From the NCBI GenBank assembly GCA_964187785.1, contig OZ076409.1, forward strand, positions 72,356,001-72,420,000: a DNA stretch of 64,000 bases, in the 5' to 3' direction. This DNA comes from Amphiscolops sp. MND2022. Taxonomy: Eukaryota. Numbering within the stretch: position 1 is the stretch's first letter; each line of letters opens with the position of its first letter. A model generated the notes under the pieces. That model was not told where the DNA came from and did not search any database. It worked only from the letters and a program-made list of their open reading frames with translations. A program made the position numbers and the translations under genes. This document shows positions 10,732-25,658 of the stretch, piece by piece.

Positions 10732-11663
10732 TCGAGAAGCCAAATACGTCCAACATTCAAACTTTTGTAACTTTGTATGTAACTCCTGAAACGAAGAAGG
10801 AATAAAATTGTTTCTGGTACATACATGAGTCTTTACTTCAGCTTCTATTTCTGCTGAACAAAACCATTCGACTCTTTTGCCGGAGTTAAGATCGATTGTA
10901 TTACCCAGTGAACAAAGGCATGACTGAAAACGTTTACTACTTTGTTCATAATTTTCCGGCCTTCCGAAATGATGAAACGTCCACATAACTAAGATAGCAA
11001 GTGAATGACTGCGAAATGCACCTTATTAGATGAGGTAAATAACGTGTAAAACTCTCCTTTATCCTAACATGAGGTTGAGTAATGATCATTTGAGAATAGT
11101 TTGATATGTGAATACAATAGTATAAAACAAGTACATTTTATATGAATAACGCCGTGGAAAGCGTTCAGAAAGGACAGTAGGCTTGTTTGGAACATGTATG
11201 TGTGGTGTCCCTTGGTGGCGTTCGCTTAGTGTATATGTCGAGGGGTATTCGAGTTGTTATGATAGAATTTACACACAAGTCTTTTGTTTTTTGGTTTTTT
11301 TAAAATGTCGTTAAGTACCTGCATTCTATCCCCTTCTCAGAGATGACGTGAAGTTACGTTTGCTAAATAAATGTCATCGAAAGATCACACTCCCGACGAA
11401 ATTAACTATCTTAACACGTGTTTAGAATTTTAAATAAACAACCGTATAAGATTATTATATTTCATTGAGTTTGATGAAGTCTTTTGTTCTTCTCACTACT
11501 ATTTCAACCAATACACATATCCGTTACCATATCACATGTCTCCATTAGTACAACGCCACATAGCGTTCCGACGCCCACAGTCTGTGGGCATGCCGAGGCA
11601 TGCCCTTCGACGACGTATGGCAAATGGAGCCATGCCCGCCGTCTTTACGGCGGTAGCGGCTAG

Positions 11664-14600
11664 GTGGGCGGGGGTAATTCCCCAACTAAAAAATCGGCCG
11701 GCGGGTAGGGTCCTGCCGGCCGTCCAAAATCAAAAATATACTAGTAGAAAACGGCCGGTCAAACGAGCTATTTTTTTATTTAACCGTTAGAATTTGGGTT
11801 TAGATTGCATGCGGCCATGAAATGGCCATACGAATCGAAGTTCCTGCTGACGTTTTGCGATTGAAACACTTTATAAAAAGTTATGGCCAATTTGTCAGTC
11901 ACCTAGAAGGGCAAAATGAGGAAAATTTTAACAAAGTCGCTAATAACTCAAAATGTGTTATTTTTTGGACTTTGACTGTGAAACAAGCTTGGAACCTTCA
12001 TTTCGTGGCTGTGGCATTGCACTGAACGCAAAAGATGTAAAGTTTTTACATTTTTTGAAAATTTGACATTTTTGAAATTTTTTTCACTACTATCAGTACC
12101 ATATATGTCAAAAACACCTCAGAAAAAAAATTTTATTTGCTTTAACTTGGAAACCTTGGTATCCATGGTTTCTGTCGGAACCTACTCGCAACCAAACAAC
12201 CAACAGTTTGCATCCAATGTGAAAATAAAAAATTTTTCTGGGTCATAAGCGTTTCACAAGGATTTCTCAACTTAGTATTAATTTACAAAATGGTCATCTT
12301 GAACACAATATTTTCATCGAGGCTTGTCGGCTATAGCCTTAATGTTCTAGAACGGTCCCACTGGCAACGTAGGAACCATTTATAGTAATAGAAAGTTTAA
12401 AAAATATATTTTCACCCTGTCTTCAGTCATTTTTCAGTCATTCGGAACTTAACTTAGAAAAATTTCGACCAAAATACCCATTTTTTGACAGATCGAAAAT
12501 TCAAATTCAACTTTTTAAGCAAAATTAGTAACTCTGACGTAACCAGTGGGACTCATGATACTCAAAAACACGATTGGGACTGGTACCAATGGCTCCAATA
12601 TCATATGAGCCGCGATAAGACGTTATTTTGAGCAATACGTCTCAATTGAGGGAAACATCTCGCAAGCCTGGGATCACAGTTAAAAGTGATTTCGTCAAAA
12701 ATTTACTCTTTTTCGTCAATCACTATGTACACAGAGTGCGTAGGGTGAGTTTCAGCACTATAATGCGGTTTTTGAAGGAATCGGTCTGCTCAAGGGGTGG
12801 TATGAGACATTTTTTTTGCATGTAGTACTATATTTCTCAAAACTTTTAGCCCAATATCTCGAAAAGCTCACTTCGCAAATTACTTTCAGTTACTCTATTC
12901 GAAGCTTAGAATATATATGAACAGTGTGGTTGATCAGAAACTCTTGACTATTTTGTTTTTGGAAAAAAACTGCCTTGCATGTGTTACATTAGTGGCAGGA
13001 AAAATACCAGTAGCTCCAAAAATCACAATTTTGGACGGACAGACCTGCAATGATGCAAAGCAAAAACGTTTCAACAACTTCTGGCGCCACTTTTTTAACC
13101 CAAGAGGTTCGAAATTACTATTAACAATGCTGACATTCGCTATAAATAAGATCGAGGTCAATTTACTAACACTTAGGTTATACATTTATATCTGAGAAAC
13201 CATTCTTTGTCAGGTCGCAATTTTAAATTTAGTTTGGGAAGCAATACTTTTCACTCTGAAGCAAACCGTTGGGCCCAAATTACTCAAAAACTACAAAAAG
13301 ACTGTCACCATATGCCCTAATAGCATATGAGATTCGACCGTATGTTTTTAACACAAAAACTCTCATCCGAAGTAAACATGTTGAAAGCCTTGAATCACCG
13401 TGAGAAATGATTTCATCAAAAAATATTCCTTTTTCGTCAATCTTTATCTACACAGAACACGTTGTGTCATTTTCAGCCGTGAAATGAGCTTCTACCGTAA
13501 TATGGGTTGCTCAAGGTGTTGTATAAGACAAAAACTTCCTCTTTTCTACTATCTTCTTCAAATATTTCAACCCTTTGTCACAAGAAGTTAATATTCAAAA
13601 TCTCTTTGAAATGTTTCTTTAGGTTGGGGTGAAGTGTTAGAACAATAATTATGATCGAAGAATGATAGTATTGGTGTTTGGACCATGTCCGGATGAACAA
13701 ATTGCAAAATCATGAAAAATTTCTTACCATTTTTGGTCATATTGTCAGTACTAAAAATGTTAGCTGAAAAAGAATTTTTTTGATGGCACCATTGGATTCC
13801 TCTCAAAAAGTTGGTTATATGACCTGTGTAATAACCCCGTATCTTTTCAATTTAAATATATTTAAAAAGCCAACTATTTTGACCAAAATACTAAAAATCA
13901 TACCATTTCCTAAAAATTTTCAAATGCACCCCATTTGACGTATAAGAATAGCACAGAAAACTATCACATACCGATCGACTCTACTTCCATTGTAGATTCC
14001 CAGAATTTTGTTTAGAACAATTTTTGACGGATGCAAAAAAATTTAAACCCTCCAAAAAAGGGCCAAAATTACACGAAAAAATTGACCTTAAAATTTTAAA
14101 ATGTCGAAAAATCATCAAAACCACAGCTTCTTGGGGTTCTATCAACTCCACGTGGTCCACAGAGTATGTTAAAACAAGTTTTACCCGTATTTGAGCAATA
14201 TGTGAAAAAGCCGACTTTTTTGGGAATGAAAAACATACCATTTCCTAAAAAATTTCAAACGCACCCCATTTGACGTATAAGAATAGCACAGAAAACTATC
14301 ACATACCGATCGACTCTACTTCCATTGTAGGTTACCAGAATCTTGTTTAGAACAATTGTTGACGGATGCAAAAAAAAATTTAAACCCTCCAAAAATGGGC
14401 CAAAATTACACGAAAAAATTGACCTTAAATTTTTAAAATGTCAAAAAATCATCAAAACCACAGCTTCTTGGGGTTCTATCAACTCCACGTGGTCCACAGA
14501 GTATGCTAAAACAGGTTTTACATGTTTCTGAGCTATATGTGAAAAAACCGACATTTTGGGGAAGAAAAACATACCATTTCTTAAAAAATTTCAAATGCAC

Positions 14601-16426
14601 GCCATTTGCCGTATGAGAATAGCACAGAAAACTATCACATACCGATCAACTCTACTTCTATTGTAGATTATCAGATTTTTGTTTAGAACAAATTTTTATG
14701 GATATAAAAAATTTTTAAACCCTCCAAAAATGAGCCAAAATAACACGAAAAAATGGACCCTAAATTTTTAAAATGTCAAAAAATTATCCAAACCACAGCT
14801 TCTTGGGGTTCTATCAGCTCCACGTGGTCCACAGAGTATGCTAAAACAGGTTTTGCCCGTTTTTGAGCAGTATATGAAAAAGCCGACATTTTTGGGGAAG
14901 AAAAACATACCATTTCCTAAATAATTTCAAATGCAGGCAATTTGCCGTATGAGAGTAGCACAGAAAACTATCACACACCGATCAACTCTACTTCTTTTGT
15001 AGATTATCAGAATTATGTTTAGAGTAAAGTTTTATGGATATGAAAAATTTTTATACCCTCCAAAAATGGGCCAAAATGACACGAAAAAATTGACCTCAAA
15101 TTTTTAAAATGTCAAAAAATTATCCAAACCACAGCGTCTTGGCGTTCTATCAACTCCAAATGACCTTCAGAGTATACCAAACCAGGTATTGCCAATCTTT
15201 TGAGCAATATTTAAAAACACCGACTATTTGGCAAGAACACCATAATATGTTCCATATAAGAAGTGAATCATTCCACATATATACCCGGTCTAATATTTCC
15301 AAATTAGCGATAACATTTATACATGATGGTTTTTGAAAGTGAGCTTTATAAGAGGTTGAGATGTAATAATACGTAAATGGACCCTAAGTTTCATTGAAAT
15401 CTCAATGGAATACGTCCAATCAACTTCAATCCTAACTATTATATAACAAAAAACACTTGAGTACATTCCATCTCCCCATCGGGGGAGATGAGAATGTACT
15501 TTTCAAAAGCCAAAAACTTCGAATTTTAAATCTTTTGTAACATTGTATGTAACTGTTGAAACGATGAACGAATGAAAATGCTTCTAGTACCTTCATCAAT
15601 TTTTGCTTCAGCTCCTATTTCTGCAGAACAAAACCAAAAGACACACTTACAGCAGTTAAGTTCGATTGTATAACTCAGTGAGTAAAGGTATGACTGAGGA
15701 AGTTCACAAGTTGTTTCAAAAGTTTCCGGCCTTCCAAAATCATGAAACGTCCACACAACCAAGATAGCAAGTGAAAGAATGCTGAATGCACCTTATTAGA
15801 TGAGATAAATAATGTGTGGAACTTGCCATTATCTCAAGATGACGTTGATTTATGATCTTTTAAGGATAGTTCGATATGTGACCACAATAGTGGAAAACTT
15901 ATTACTATTTGAAGAACACCGTGGAAAGCGTTCAGAAAGGACAGTATATTTGTTTCGAGCATGCATGCGTGTGTTCCTTTGGTGACGTTAGCTTAGTGTA
16001 CATGACGGAGGTATTCGAGAGATTATGATAGAGTTTACTCACAAGTCTTTGTTTTTTTAAACTTTCTATGCCGTTGAGTACATTCGTAAGGTACATCCAT
16101 CCCCTTCTCTGGGAATGTACGTTTGCCAAATGACTGTCATCCAAAATTCGTAATCCGGACGAGTTTAACTACATAAACATGTGATGAGCGTTTTCAATTC
16201 ACAACCGAATAACATTTTTTTTCTCGAAAATGATGATGGTTTTGATTTTGATGTCTTCTACTTTTATCATCATGCAAACGACCTTACCATGTCTCTCTTC
16301 TGTCGTCATTTGTACAACGCCACATAGCGTTCCGACGCCCACCGTCTGTGGGCATGCCGAGGCATGCCCTTCGACGACGTATGCCAAATGAGCCATACCC
16401 GCACTCTGGAGTGCGGTAGCGGCTAG
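11664..16426 (+). mobile_element. Unit 6, family L (4763 bp)
   Basis: Same layout as unit 5 but a different subfamily. Terminal hairpin CCGCACTC-TG-GAGTGCGG. Near-identical to unit 18 over most of its length. Confidence 0.78.
13900..15240 (+). repeat. Internal ~336-bp tandem repeat, ~4 copies
   Basis: Anchor at 13900, 14235, 14571 and 14907. End coordinate is approximate. Confidence 0.9.
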
Positions 16427-18415
16427 GTGGGCGGGGGTAATTCCCCAACAAAAATTACGGCCGGCGGGTTGGGTCCTGCCGGACGTTCAAATAGCGCGAA
16501 GCATCTAGTAGAAAACAAGGAGTCCTGAAACAGCGATTTTAAAATTGAACCGTTAGAATTTGGTTTTAGATTGCAAGCGGCCCTAAAATCCCCATACGAA
16601 TGGAAGTTCCTGCTGGCGTTAAGCGATTGAAATAATATATAAAAAGTTATGGCCCATTTTTGGGTCACCGAGAAGGTCAAAATGAAGAAAATTTTAACTA
16701 AGTTGCTGATAACTCAAAATGTGTTAATTTTTGGACTTTGACTGTGAAACAAGCTTGGAACCTTCATTTCGTGGCTGTGGCATTGCACTGAACACAAAAG
16801 ATGTAAAGTTTTCACATTTTTTGAAAATTCGACATTTTTGAATTTTTTTTCACTACTATCAGTACACTATATGTCAAAAACACCTCTGAAAAATTTTTTT
16901 ATTTGCTTAAATTTAGAAACCTTGGTATCCATGGTTTCCGTCAGTACCTACTCGCTGCCAAACACTCAACAGTTTGCATCCAATGTGAAAATAAAATTTT
17001 TTTCGAGGTCTTAGGTGTTTCACAAGGATTTCTCAACTTAGTATCAATTTACAAATTGGTCATTTTGAACACATTATTTTCATCGAAGCGTGTCATATAC
17101 CGCCCTAATGCTCACGAACGGGCCTACTGGCAACGTTGGAACCATTTATAGTAATAAAAAGTTTTAAAAAAATTTTTTCACCCCGTCTTCAGTCATTTTA
17201 CACACTTTCGGAACTTAACTTAGAAAAATTTCAACCAAAAACCCATTTTTTGTCAAGTCGAAAATTCAAATTCAGCTTTTTAAGCAAAATAAATAAATCT
17301 GACATAACCACTGGGGCCCATGAAACTCAAAACCACGATTGAGACTGGTATCAATGGCTCCAATAACATATGAGTCGCGATAAGACGCTATTTTGAGCAA
17401 AACATCTCAATTGAGGTAAAGATCTCGCAAGCCAGCGATCACTGTGAAATGTGATTTCATCAAAAATTTACTCTTTTTTGTCAATCACTATGTGCACAGA
17501 ATGCGTAGGGTGCGTTTCAGCACTATAATGAGGTTTTTGAAGGCATCGAGTTGCTCAAGGGGTGGTATGAGACATTTTTGTCCCATATACTACTGTAGTT
17601 TCCAAAATTTTTACCCCAACATCTGAAAATACAAACTTGACAAAATACTTTCAACTACTTTATTCAAAGGTTACAATATAGATGAACACTGTGGTTGATA
17701 AGAAACTTTCATCTCTTTCGTTTTCGGAAATATTTCCGTTCGCATGTGTTACATTCATAGCAGAAAAAAAAATCGAAACTGAAAAATACGCTATTTTGCT
17801 GATATAGAATCGCAATGATTGTGCCTAAAAACTCTTTAAACACTTCTAACGCAACCTTACGCACCCAAAATGATCGAAAATGCTATTCACAATGGTGACA
17901 TGTGCTCTTTCTACAATCCTGGCTGGACAAGGTTTGCATATTTTTCAAGTACCTGTCAGCTAAATCTTGTGATAGCCTTTTCAGTTGGCCTTGTGTCAAC
18001 TTGGGAAGGCTATCACATCAAAAAATCATCAACAAAAATAATTTTTGTTTATTGGATCTTACAGTCGATACTTTTTTTCGTGATTCTATACTACCGTTAG
18101 TATATTTCATCAGGTCACCTTACGATTGCATTCAGTCTTTGATAAAAACCTATGAACTCAAAGTCACATTTATATATTTTTTTGCCAGAAAATAACATCA
18201 AAAATATCTAAAATATATAAAATAGAGTCTTTAACATTTTTACGTTTCAAGTTTTTGCCGTTATTAGGCCAATCAACGTCCTAGAGCCACATCCTGCCAC
18301 ATACTGTACAACGCCACATAGTGTTGCGACGTGCACAGTCTGTGGGCATGCCGAGGCATGCCCTTCGACGACGTATGCCGAATACCGCGGGCCTACGCCC
18401 GCGCTCCCCGGCTAG
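16427..18415 (+). mobile_element. Unit 7, family A (1989 bp)
   Basis: Apparent exact copy of unit 2, with different neighbours on both sides. Confidence 0.8.
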
Positions 18416-20402
18416 GTGGGCGGGGGTAATTCCCCAACAAAAATTACGGCCGGCGGGTTGGGTCCTGCCGGACGTCAAATAGTGTGAAACATCCAGTAGG
18501 AAACGGCGACATAAATCAGCGATTTTAAAATTTAACCGTTAGAATTCGGACTTGGAGTGCATGCGGCCCCAAAATGCCCATACGAATCGAAGTTCCTGCT
18601 GACGTTAAGCGATAAAAACATTTTATAAAAAGTTATGGCCCATTTTACGTTCACCTATAAGGGTAAAATGAGGAAAATTTTTACAAAGTCGCTGATAACT
18701 CAAAATACATTAATTTTTGGACTTTGACTGTGAAACAAGCTTAGAACCTTCATTTCGTGGCTGTAGCATTGCACTGAACACAAAAGATGTAAAGTTTTTA
18801 CAATTTTTGAAAATTCGACATTTTTGATTTTTTTTTCACTACTATCAGTACACTATATGTCAAAAACACCTCTGAAAAAAATTATTATTTGCTTAAAATT
18901 GGAAACCTTGGTATCCATGGTTTCTGTCGGAACCTACTCGCTGCCAAACACCCAACAGTTTGCATCCAATGTGAAATTAAAATTTTTTTCGAGGTCTTAG
19001 GTGTTTCACAAGGATTTCTCAACTTAGTTTCAATTTACAAATTGGTCATATTGAACACAATATTTTCATCGAAGCTTGTCAGATACCGCCCTAATGCTCA
19101 CTAATGGGCCTACTCGCAACGTTGGAACCGTTTATAGTAATAGAAAGTTTAAAAAAAATATTTTCACCCGGTCTTCAGTCATTTTTCAGTCATTCGGAAC
19201 TTAACTTAGAAAAATTTCGACCAAAATACCAATTTTTTGTCAGGTCGAAAAATCAAATTCAGATTTTTAAGCAAAATTATTTACTCTGACGTAACTAGTG
19301 GGCCCCATGATACTCAAAAACACGATTGGGACCGGTACCAAGGGCTCCAATTTCATATGAGCCGCGATAAGACGTTATTTTGAGCAACACGTCTCAATAG
19401 AGGTAAACATCTCGCAAGCCTGGGGTCACAGTGAAAAGTAATTTCATCAAGAATTTACTCATTTTTGTCAATCACTATGTGCACAGAGTGCGTAGGGTGC
19501 GTTTCAGCACTTTAATGAGGTTTTTGAAGGCATCGGTCTGCTCAAGGGGTGGTATGAGACATTTTTTTCCTGTATACTACTGTATTTTCCAAAACTTTTA
19601 GCCAATTATCTGGAAAAACTAACTTGACAAAATACTTTCAACTACTTTATTCAAAGGTTACAATATAGATGAACACTGTGGTTGATCAGAAACTTTCATC
19701 TCTTTCGTTTTCCGAAATTTTTCCCTTCGCATGTGTAACATTCGTAGCAGAAAAAAAAATCGAAACTGAAAAATACGCAATTTTGCTAATATAGAATCGC
19801 AATGATTGTGCCTAAAAACTCTTTAAACACTTCTAACGCAACCTTACGCACCCAAATTGATCGAATATGTTATTCACAATGGTGACATGTTCTCTTTCTA
19901 CGATCCTGGCTGGACAAGGTTTGCATATTTTTCAAGTACCTGTCAGCTAAATCTTGTGATAGCCTTTTCAGTTGGCCTTGTGTCAACTTGGGAAGGCTAT
20001 CACATCAAAAAACCATCAATAAAAATAATTTTTGTTTATTGGATCTTACAGTCGAAACTTTTTTTCGTGATTCTATACTACCGTTAGTATATTTCATCAG
20101 GTCACCTTACGATTGCATTCAGTCTTTGATAAAAACCTATGAACTCAAAGTCACATTTATATATTTTTTTGCCAGAAAATAACATCAAAAATATCTAAAA
20201 TATATCAAATAGAGTCTTTAACATTTTTACGTTTCAAGTTTTTGCCGTTATTAGGCCAATCAACGTCCTAGAGCCACATCCTGCCACATACTGTACAACG
20301 CCACATAGTGTTGCGACGTGCACAGTCTGTGGGCATGCCGAGGCATGCCCTTCGACGACGTAAGCCGAATACCGCGGGCCTACGCCCGCGCTCCCCGGCT
20401 AG
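18416..20402 (+). mobile_element. Unit 8, family A (1987 bp)
   Basis: Family A body with the standard termini. Its 5' variant is shared with unit 10. Confidence 0.78.
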
Positions 20403-21681
20403 GTGGTCGTTAGCATGGGATTTTCTTTATGAGCGTAGTCCACTTTTTTTAGGCCGGGGTAGGGTCCCGGGCCGTTACCAATTTCTTACGGAGGAAAAAT
20501 GTGAAAATCTGCGAGTTTAAAAAATTGGCCCGTACGATTTGGCTGAAAATTGGCATACAGCATCGTCTTGGTAAACAAATGACTTTGTCCTAGTGACATT
20601 TTGCCCAGAAAATTCAAAAAGTTGGTCAAATTGAAAATTTTTTGACCGTCTAAGGCTAAAATTTGACTTTTTCGCTTTTTTTGGTCAATTTCCTCAGAAC
20701 TGGTTGATTTTGGTGAAGTAAGTCATAAGAGGTTATAAGGTCTGCAAATAGCCATCAATTGGCTTGCATAATCAGATTTTGTCAAAAGTGTTTAGTTTTT
20801 TCAAAATTTCACACTTTTTTTTCATTTCAGTGTTTTTTGATACAATTTATTGAATTTTTACTAAGTTCCACTAAATATTTTTAAAATGTTTTTAAAAAAC
20901 CTTTTTTTGCACGTTTTTGATGTTTTTTGCTCTCCCATATAGGTTTTCGCATACGTGGAACCTGAATCTGACAACGAAATAATTTTATTCCGCAGTTCAA
21001 CTTACGCCATTTTTAATAGTGAAAAATCACTCATTTTCAATCTAACGAGTGAAAATATCAGAATTTAAAAACCTAAAGTTGAGTTTAAGGCGACTTACAG
21101 GTAGAAACAAATGCTCAGAAACAAACTGATTTCTTGTATTAGCTAAAGAAAGCCTTTAAAATTCTTTTTACTTTCTTTAAATCAAAATTCGACACTTTTC
21201 ATGAAATTTGTCAGTGGAAAAAATTTATCATTTTTTTAAATTTAAAACTTGCTTTGTTGGTCATTTCCGTTAGTCATTAGTAGCTGTGTAATGCTCCAAA
21301 GCCTTTCAAGTTCTTTTGACCCTATTTGAAAATTTTTGATACTGCATAATCAATCCGAGAGAACGAAACAGTTGTGTACATTCCATCTCCCTCTTGGGGG
21401 AGATGAGAATGTACTTCCTAAAGTCCAGGTACTACAGATCATATTTGGTTTTATGCGACGCCCTCTATGCTAGTGCATATAAATACAAGTTGTTTGGCTG
21501 GATTTTGCTTCTGACTTGACGTATACTGTACGTTTGGTACTGACAATACCCATCATTTACATAACAAACGTCAACGCCACATACCCTCACCAACGTCCAT
21601 AGTCCGTAGGCATGCCGAGGCATGCCTTTCGACGACGCGCGCCAAACACAAGCGCGCCCGCACTTTTGCGGTAGCGGCTAG
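20403..21681 (+). mobile_element. Unit 9, short family S2 (1279 bp)
   Basis: Starts GTGGTCG with a unique, very AT-rich body. Has the GGCCGGGG-TAGGGT-CCCGGGCC stem-loop, a GTACATTC hairpin at 21376-21414, the A/T variant palindrome at 21608-21627 and terminal hairpin CCGCA-CTTT-TGCGG. Confidence 0.75.
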
Positions 21682-23671
21682 GTGGGCGGGGGTAATTCCC
21701 CAACAAAAATTACGGCCGGCGGGTTGGGTCCTGCCGGACGTCAAATAGTGTGAAACATCCAGTAGGAAACGGCGACATAAATCAGCGATTTTAAAATTTA
21801 ACCGTTAGAATTCGGACTTGGAGTGCATGCGGCCCCAAAATGCCCATACGAATCGAAGTTCCTGCTGACGTTAAGCGATAAAAACACTTTATAAAAAGTT
21901 ATGGCCCATTTTACGTTCACTTAGAGAGGTAAAATGAGGAAAATTTTAACAAAGTCGCTGATAACTCAAAATGTGTTAATTTTTGGCTTTTGACTGTGAA
22001 ACAAGCTTAGAACCTTCATTTCGTGGCTGTGGCATTGCACTGAACACAAAAGCTGTAAAGTTTTCACATTTTTTGAAAATTCGACATTTTTGAAATTTTT
22101 TTCACTACTATCAGTACCCCATATGTCAAAAACACCTCAGAAAAAAAAATTTATTTGCTTTAAATTGGAAACCTTGGTATCCATGGTTTCTGTCGGAACC
22201 TACTCGCAGCCAAACACCCAACAGTTTGCATCCAATGTGAAATAAAAAATTTTTTCGAGGTCATAAGCGTTTCACAAGGTTTTCATGATTTAGTATTAAA
22301 TTACATAGTGGTCATTTTAAACATAAAATTTTGGTCCAGGCATGTCGGATATAGTCTGAATGCTCACGAACGGTCCTACTGGCAACGTAGGAACCATTTA
22401 TAGTAATAAAAAGTATTAAAAATTTTTTTTCACCCGGTCTTCAGTCATTTTTCAGACATTCGGAACTTAACTTAGAAAATTTTCGAACCAAATACCCATT
22501 TTTTGTCAGGTCGAAAATTGAAATTCAGCTATTAAAGCAAAATATTTTACTCTGACGTAACCAGTGGGGTCCATGATACTCAAAAATACGATTGGGACTG
22601 GTACCAATGGCTCCTATATCATATGAGCCGCGATAAGACGTTATTTTGAGCAATATGTCTCAATTGAGGTAAACATCTCGCAAGCCTGGGATCACAGTGA
22701 AATGTAATTTCATCAAAAAATTACTCATTTTTGTCAATCACTATGTGCATAGAGTGGGTAGGGTGAGTTCCAACACTATAATGAGGTTTTTGAAGGCATC
22801 GGGTTGCTCAAGGGGTGGTATGAGTCATTACTTTCCTATATACAACTGTATTTTCAAAAACTTTTAGCCCATTATCTGGAAAAACTAACTTGACAAAATA
22901 CTTTCAATTACTTCATTCAAAGGTTACAATATAAATGAACACTGTGGTTGATCAGAAACTTTCATCTCTTTCGTTTTCCGAAATAACTCCTTTCAAATGT
23001 GTTACATTTGTAGCAGGAAAAAAAACTGAAACTAAAAAATACGCGATTTTGCTGAGATAGAATCGCAATGGTTGCGCCTAAAATCTCTTTAAATACTTCT
23101 AACGCGACCTTACGGACCCAAAATGATTGAAAATGCCATTCACAATGCTGACATGTGCTCTTTCTACGATCCTGGCTGGACAAGTTTTGCATTTTTTTCA
23201 AGTACCTGTTAACTGAACATTGTGATAGCCTTTCAAGTTGGCCTTGTGTCAACTTGGGAAGGCTGTCACTTCAAAAAACTGTCAACAAAAATACCATTTG
23301 TTTATAGGATATTGCTGTCGATGCTTCACTTCGTGATTCGATCATGTCGTGAGTTCCTTCCATCAGGTCAGCTAACATTTGGATTCAGTGTTGGATAAGA
23401 ACCTATGATTTTCATGACAATTTTAGTTCTTTTTTGCTAACAAAAAGTACGAATAAATGATATAAAACATATTTGTGACCTCTAGGAAGTTTAACTTTAC
23501 CTTTATTTACCGTTACCATCGCCACCCACCCCCTACGACCTCGCAGTGTCCTCATTACAACGCCACATAGTGTAGCGACGCCCACAGTCTGTGGGCATGC
23601 CGAGGCATGCCCTTCGACGACGTATGGCAAATATAGCGTTAGCCCGCGGTCACTACCGCGGTAGCAGCTAG
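21682..23671 (+). mobile_element. Unit 10, family A subfamily (1990 bp)
   Basis: Body resembles units 24 and 26. Terminal hairpin CCGCGGT-CACT-ACCGCGG. Confidence 0.78.
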
Positions 23672-25658
23672 GTGGGCGGGGGTAATTCCCCAACAAAAAA
23701 ATCGGCCGGCGGGTCGGGTCCTGCCGGCCGTCCAAAATCAAAATCCTCCTAGTAGAAAACGGCATGTCAAACGAGCTATTTTTTTATTTAACCATACGAA
23801 TTTCACCATTTTTTGCATGCGGCCCTGAAATGGCCATACGAGACGAAGTTCCTGCTGACGTTTTGCGATGTAAATGTTTTATAAAAAGTTATGGCCGATT
23901 TGTCATTCACCTAGAAGGGTAAAATGAGGAAAATTTTAACAAAGTCGCTGATAACTCAAAATGTGGTAATTTTTGGACTTTGACTGTGAAACAAGCTTGG
24001 AACCTTCATTTCGTGGCTGGGGCATTGGACTGAACACAAAAGATGTAAAGTTTTTACGTTTTTTGAAAATTCGACATTTTTGAAATTTTTTTCACTACTA
24101 TCAGTACCCCATATGTCAAAAACACCTCAGAAAAATATTTTTATTTGCTTTAAATTGGAAACCTTGGTATCCATGGTTTCTGTCGGAACCTACTCGCAGC
24201 CAAACACCCAACAGTTTGCATCCAATGTGAAAATAAAAATTTTTTCGGGGTCATAAGCGTTTCACAAGGATTTCTCAACTTAGTATTAATTTACAAAATG
24301 GTCATTTTGAACATAATATTTTCATCGAGGCTTGTCGGCTATAGCCTTAATGTTCTAGAACGGTCCCACTGGCAACGTAGCAACCATTTATAGTAATATA
24401 AAAGGTTAAAAAATTTTTTTCACCCGGTCTTCAGTCATTTTTCAGACATTCCGAACATAACTTAGAAAATTTTCGACCCAAATACCCATTTTTTGTCAGG
24501 TCGAAAATTAAAATTCAGCTATTAAAGCAAAATTATTTACTCTGACGTAACCAGTGGGGCCCATGATACTCAAAAACACCATTGGCACTGGTACCAATGG
24601 CTCCAATAACATATGAGTCGCGATAAGACGTTATTTTGAGCAATACGTCTCAATTGAGGTAAAGATCTCGCAAGCCAGCGATCACTGTGAAATGTAAATT
24701 CATTAAAAATTTACTCATTTTCGTCAATCACCATGTGCACAGAGTGCGTAGGGTGAGTTCCAGCACTATAATGAGGTTTTTGAAGGCATCGGGTTGCTCA
24801 AGGGGTGGTATGAGACATTTTTTTCCTATATACTACTGTATTTTCCAATATTTTTAGCCCAATATCTGGAAATACAAACTTGACAAAATACTTTCAACTA
24901 CTTTATTCAAAGGTTACAATATAGATGAACACTGTGGTTGATCAGAAACTTTCATCTCTTTCGTTTTCCGAAATATTTCCCTTCACATGTGTTATATTTT
25001 TAGCAGAATAAAAAATCGAAACTGAAATATACGCTATTTTGCTAATATAGAATCGCAATGATTGTGCCTAAAAACTCTTTAAACAATTCTAACGCAACCT
25101 TACGCACCCGAAATGATCGAAAATGCTATTCACAATTGTGACATGTGCTCTTTCTACGATCCTGGCTGGACAAGGTTTGCATATTTTTCAAGTACCTGTC
25201 TGCTGAATCTTGTGATAGCCTTTTAAGTTGGCCTTGTGTCAACTTGGGAAGGCTATCACTTCAAACAACCATCAACAAAAATAATTTTTGTTTATTGGAT
25301 ATTACAGTTGATTCCTTTTTTCGTGATTCTATATTACCGTTAGTATATTCCATGAGGTCACCTTACGATTGCATTGAGACTTTGATAAAAACCTATGAAC
25401 TCAAAGTCACATTTATATATTTTTTTGCCCAAAAAAATCATCAAAAACATCTATAATATATAAAATAGAGTCTTTAACATTTTTACGTTTCAAGTTTCTG
25501 CCGTTATTAAGCCAATCAACTTCCTACAGCCACGCTCTCTGTCATTCTGTACAACGCCACATAGTGTTGCGACGTGCACGGTCTGTGGGCATGCCGAGGC
25601 ATGCCCTTCGACGACGTATGCCGAATACCGCGGGCCTACGCCCGCGCTCCCCGGCTAG
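23672..25658 (+). mobile_element. Unit 11, family A (1987 bp)
   Basis: Standard termini and family A body. Confidence 0.78.

Larger units (their letters stand above)
6894..11663 (+). mobile_element. Unit 5, long family L (4770 bp)
   Basis: First ~1.3-1.5 kb is family-A-like. Contains internal 336-bp repeats, a GTACATTC hairpin at 10689-10731 and terminal hairpin CCGCCGT-CTTT-ACGGCGG at 11636-11653. Most of the body is near-identical to unit 15. Confidence 0.78.

Noticed and set aside
11570..11670. Helentron-type asymmetric inverted repeat (CGCCCAC upstream of the palindrome versus the GTGGGCG start)
   Set aside because: The match holds for some units only. Most A units have CGTGCAC there, and C units start GTGCGGG without a corresponding change, so there is no covariation.
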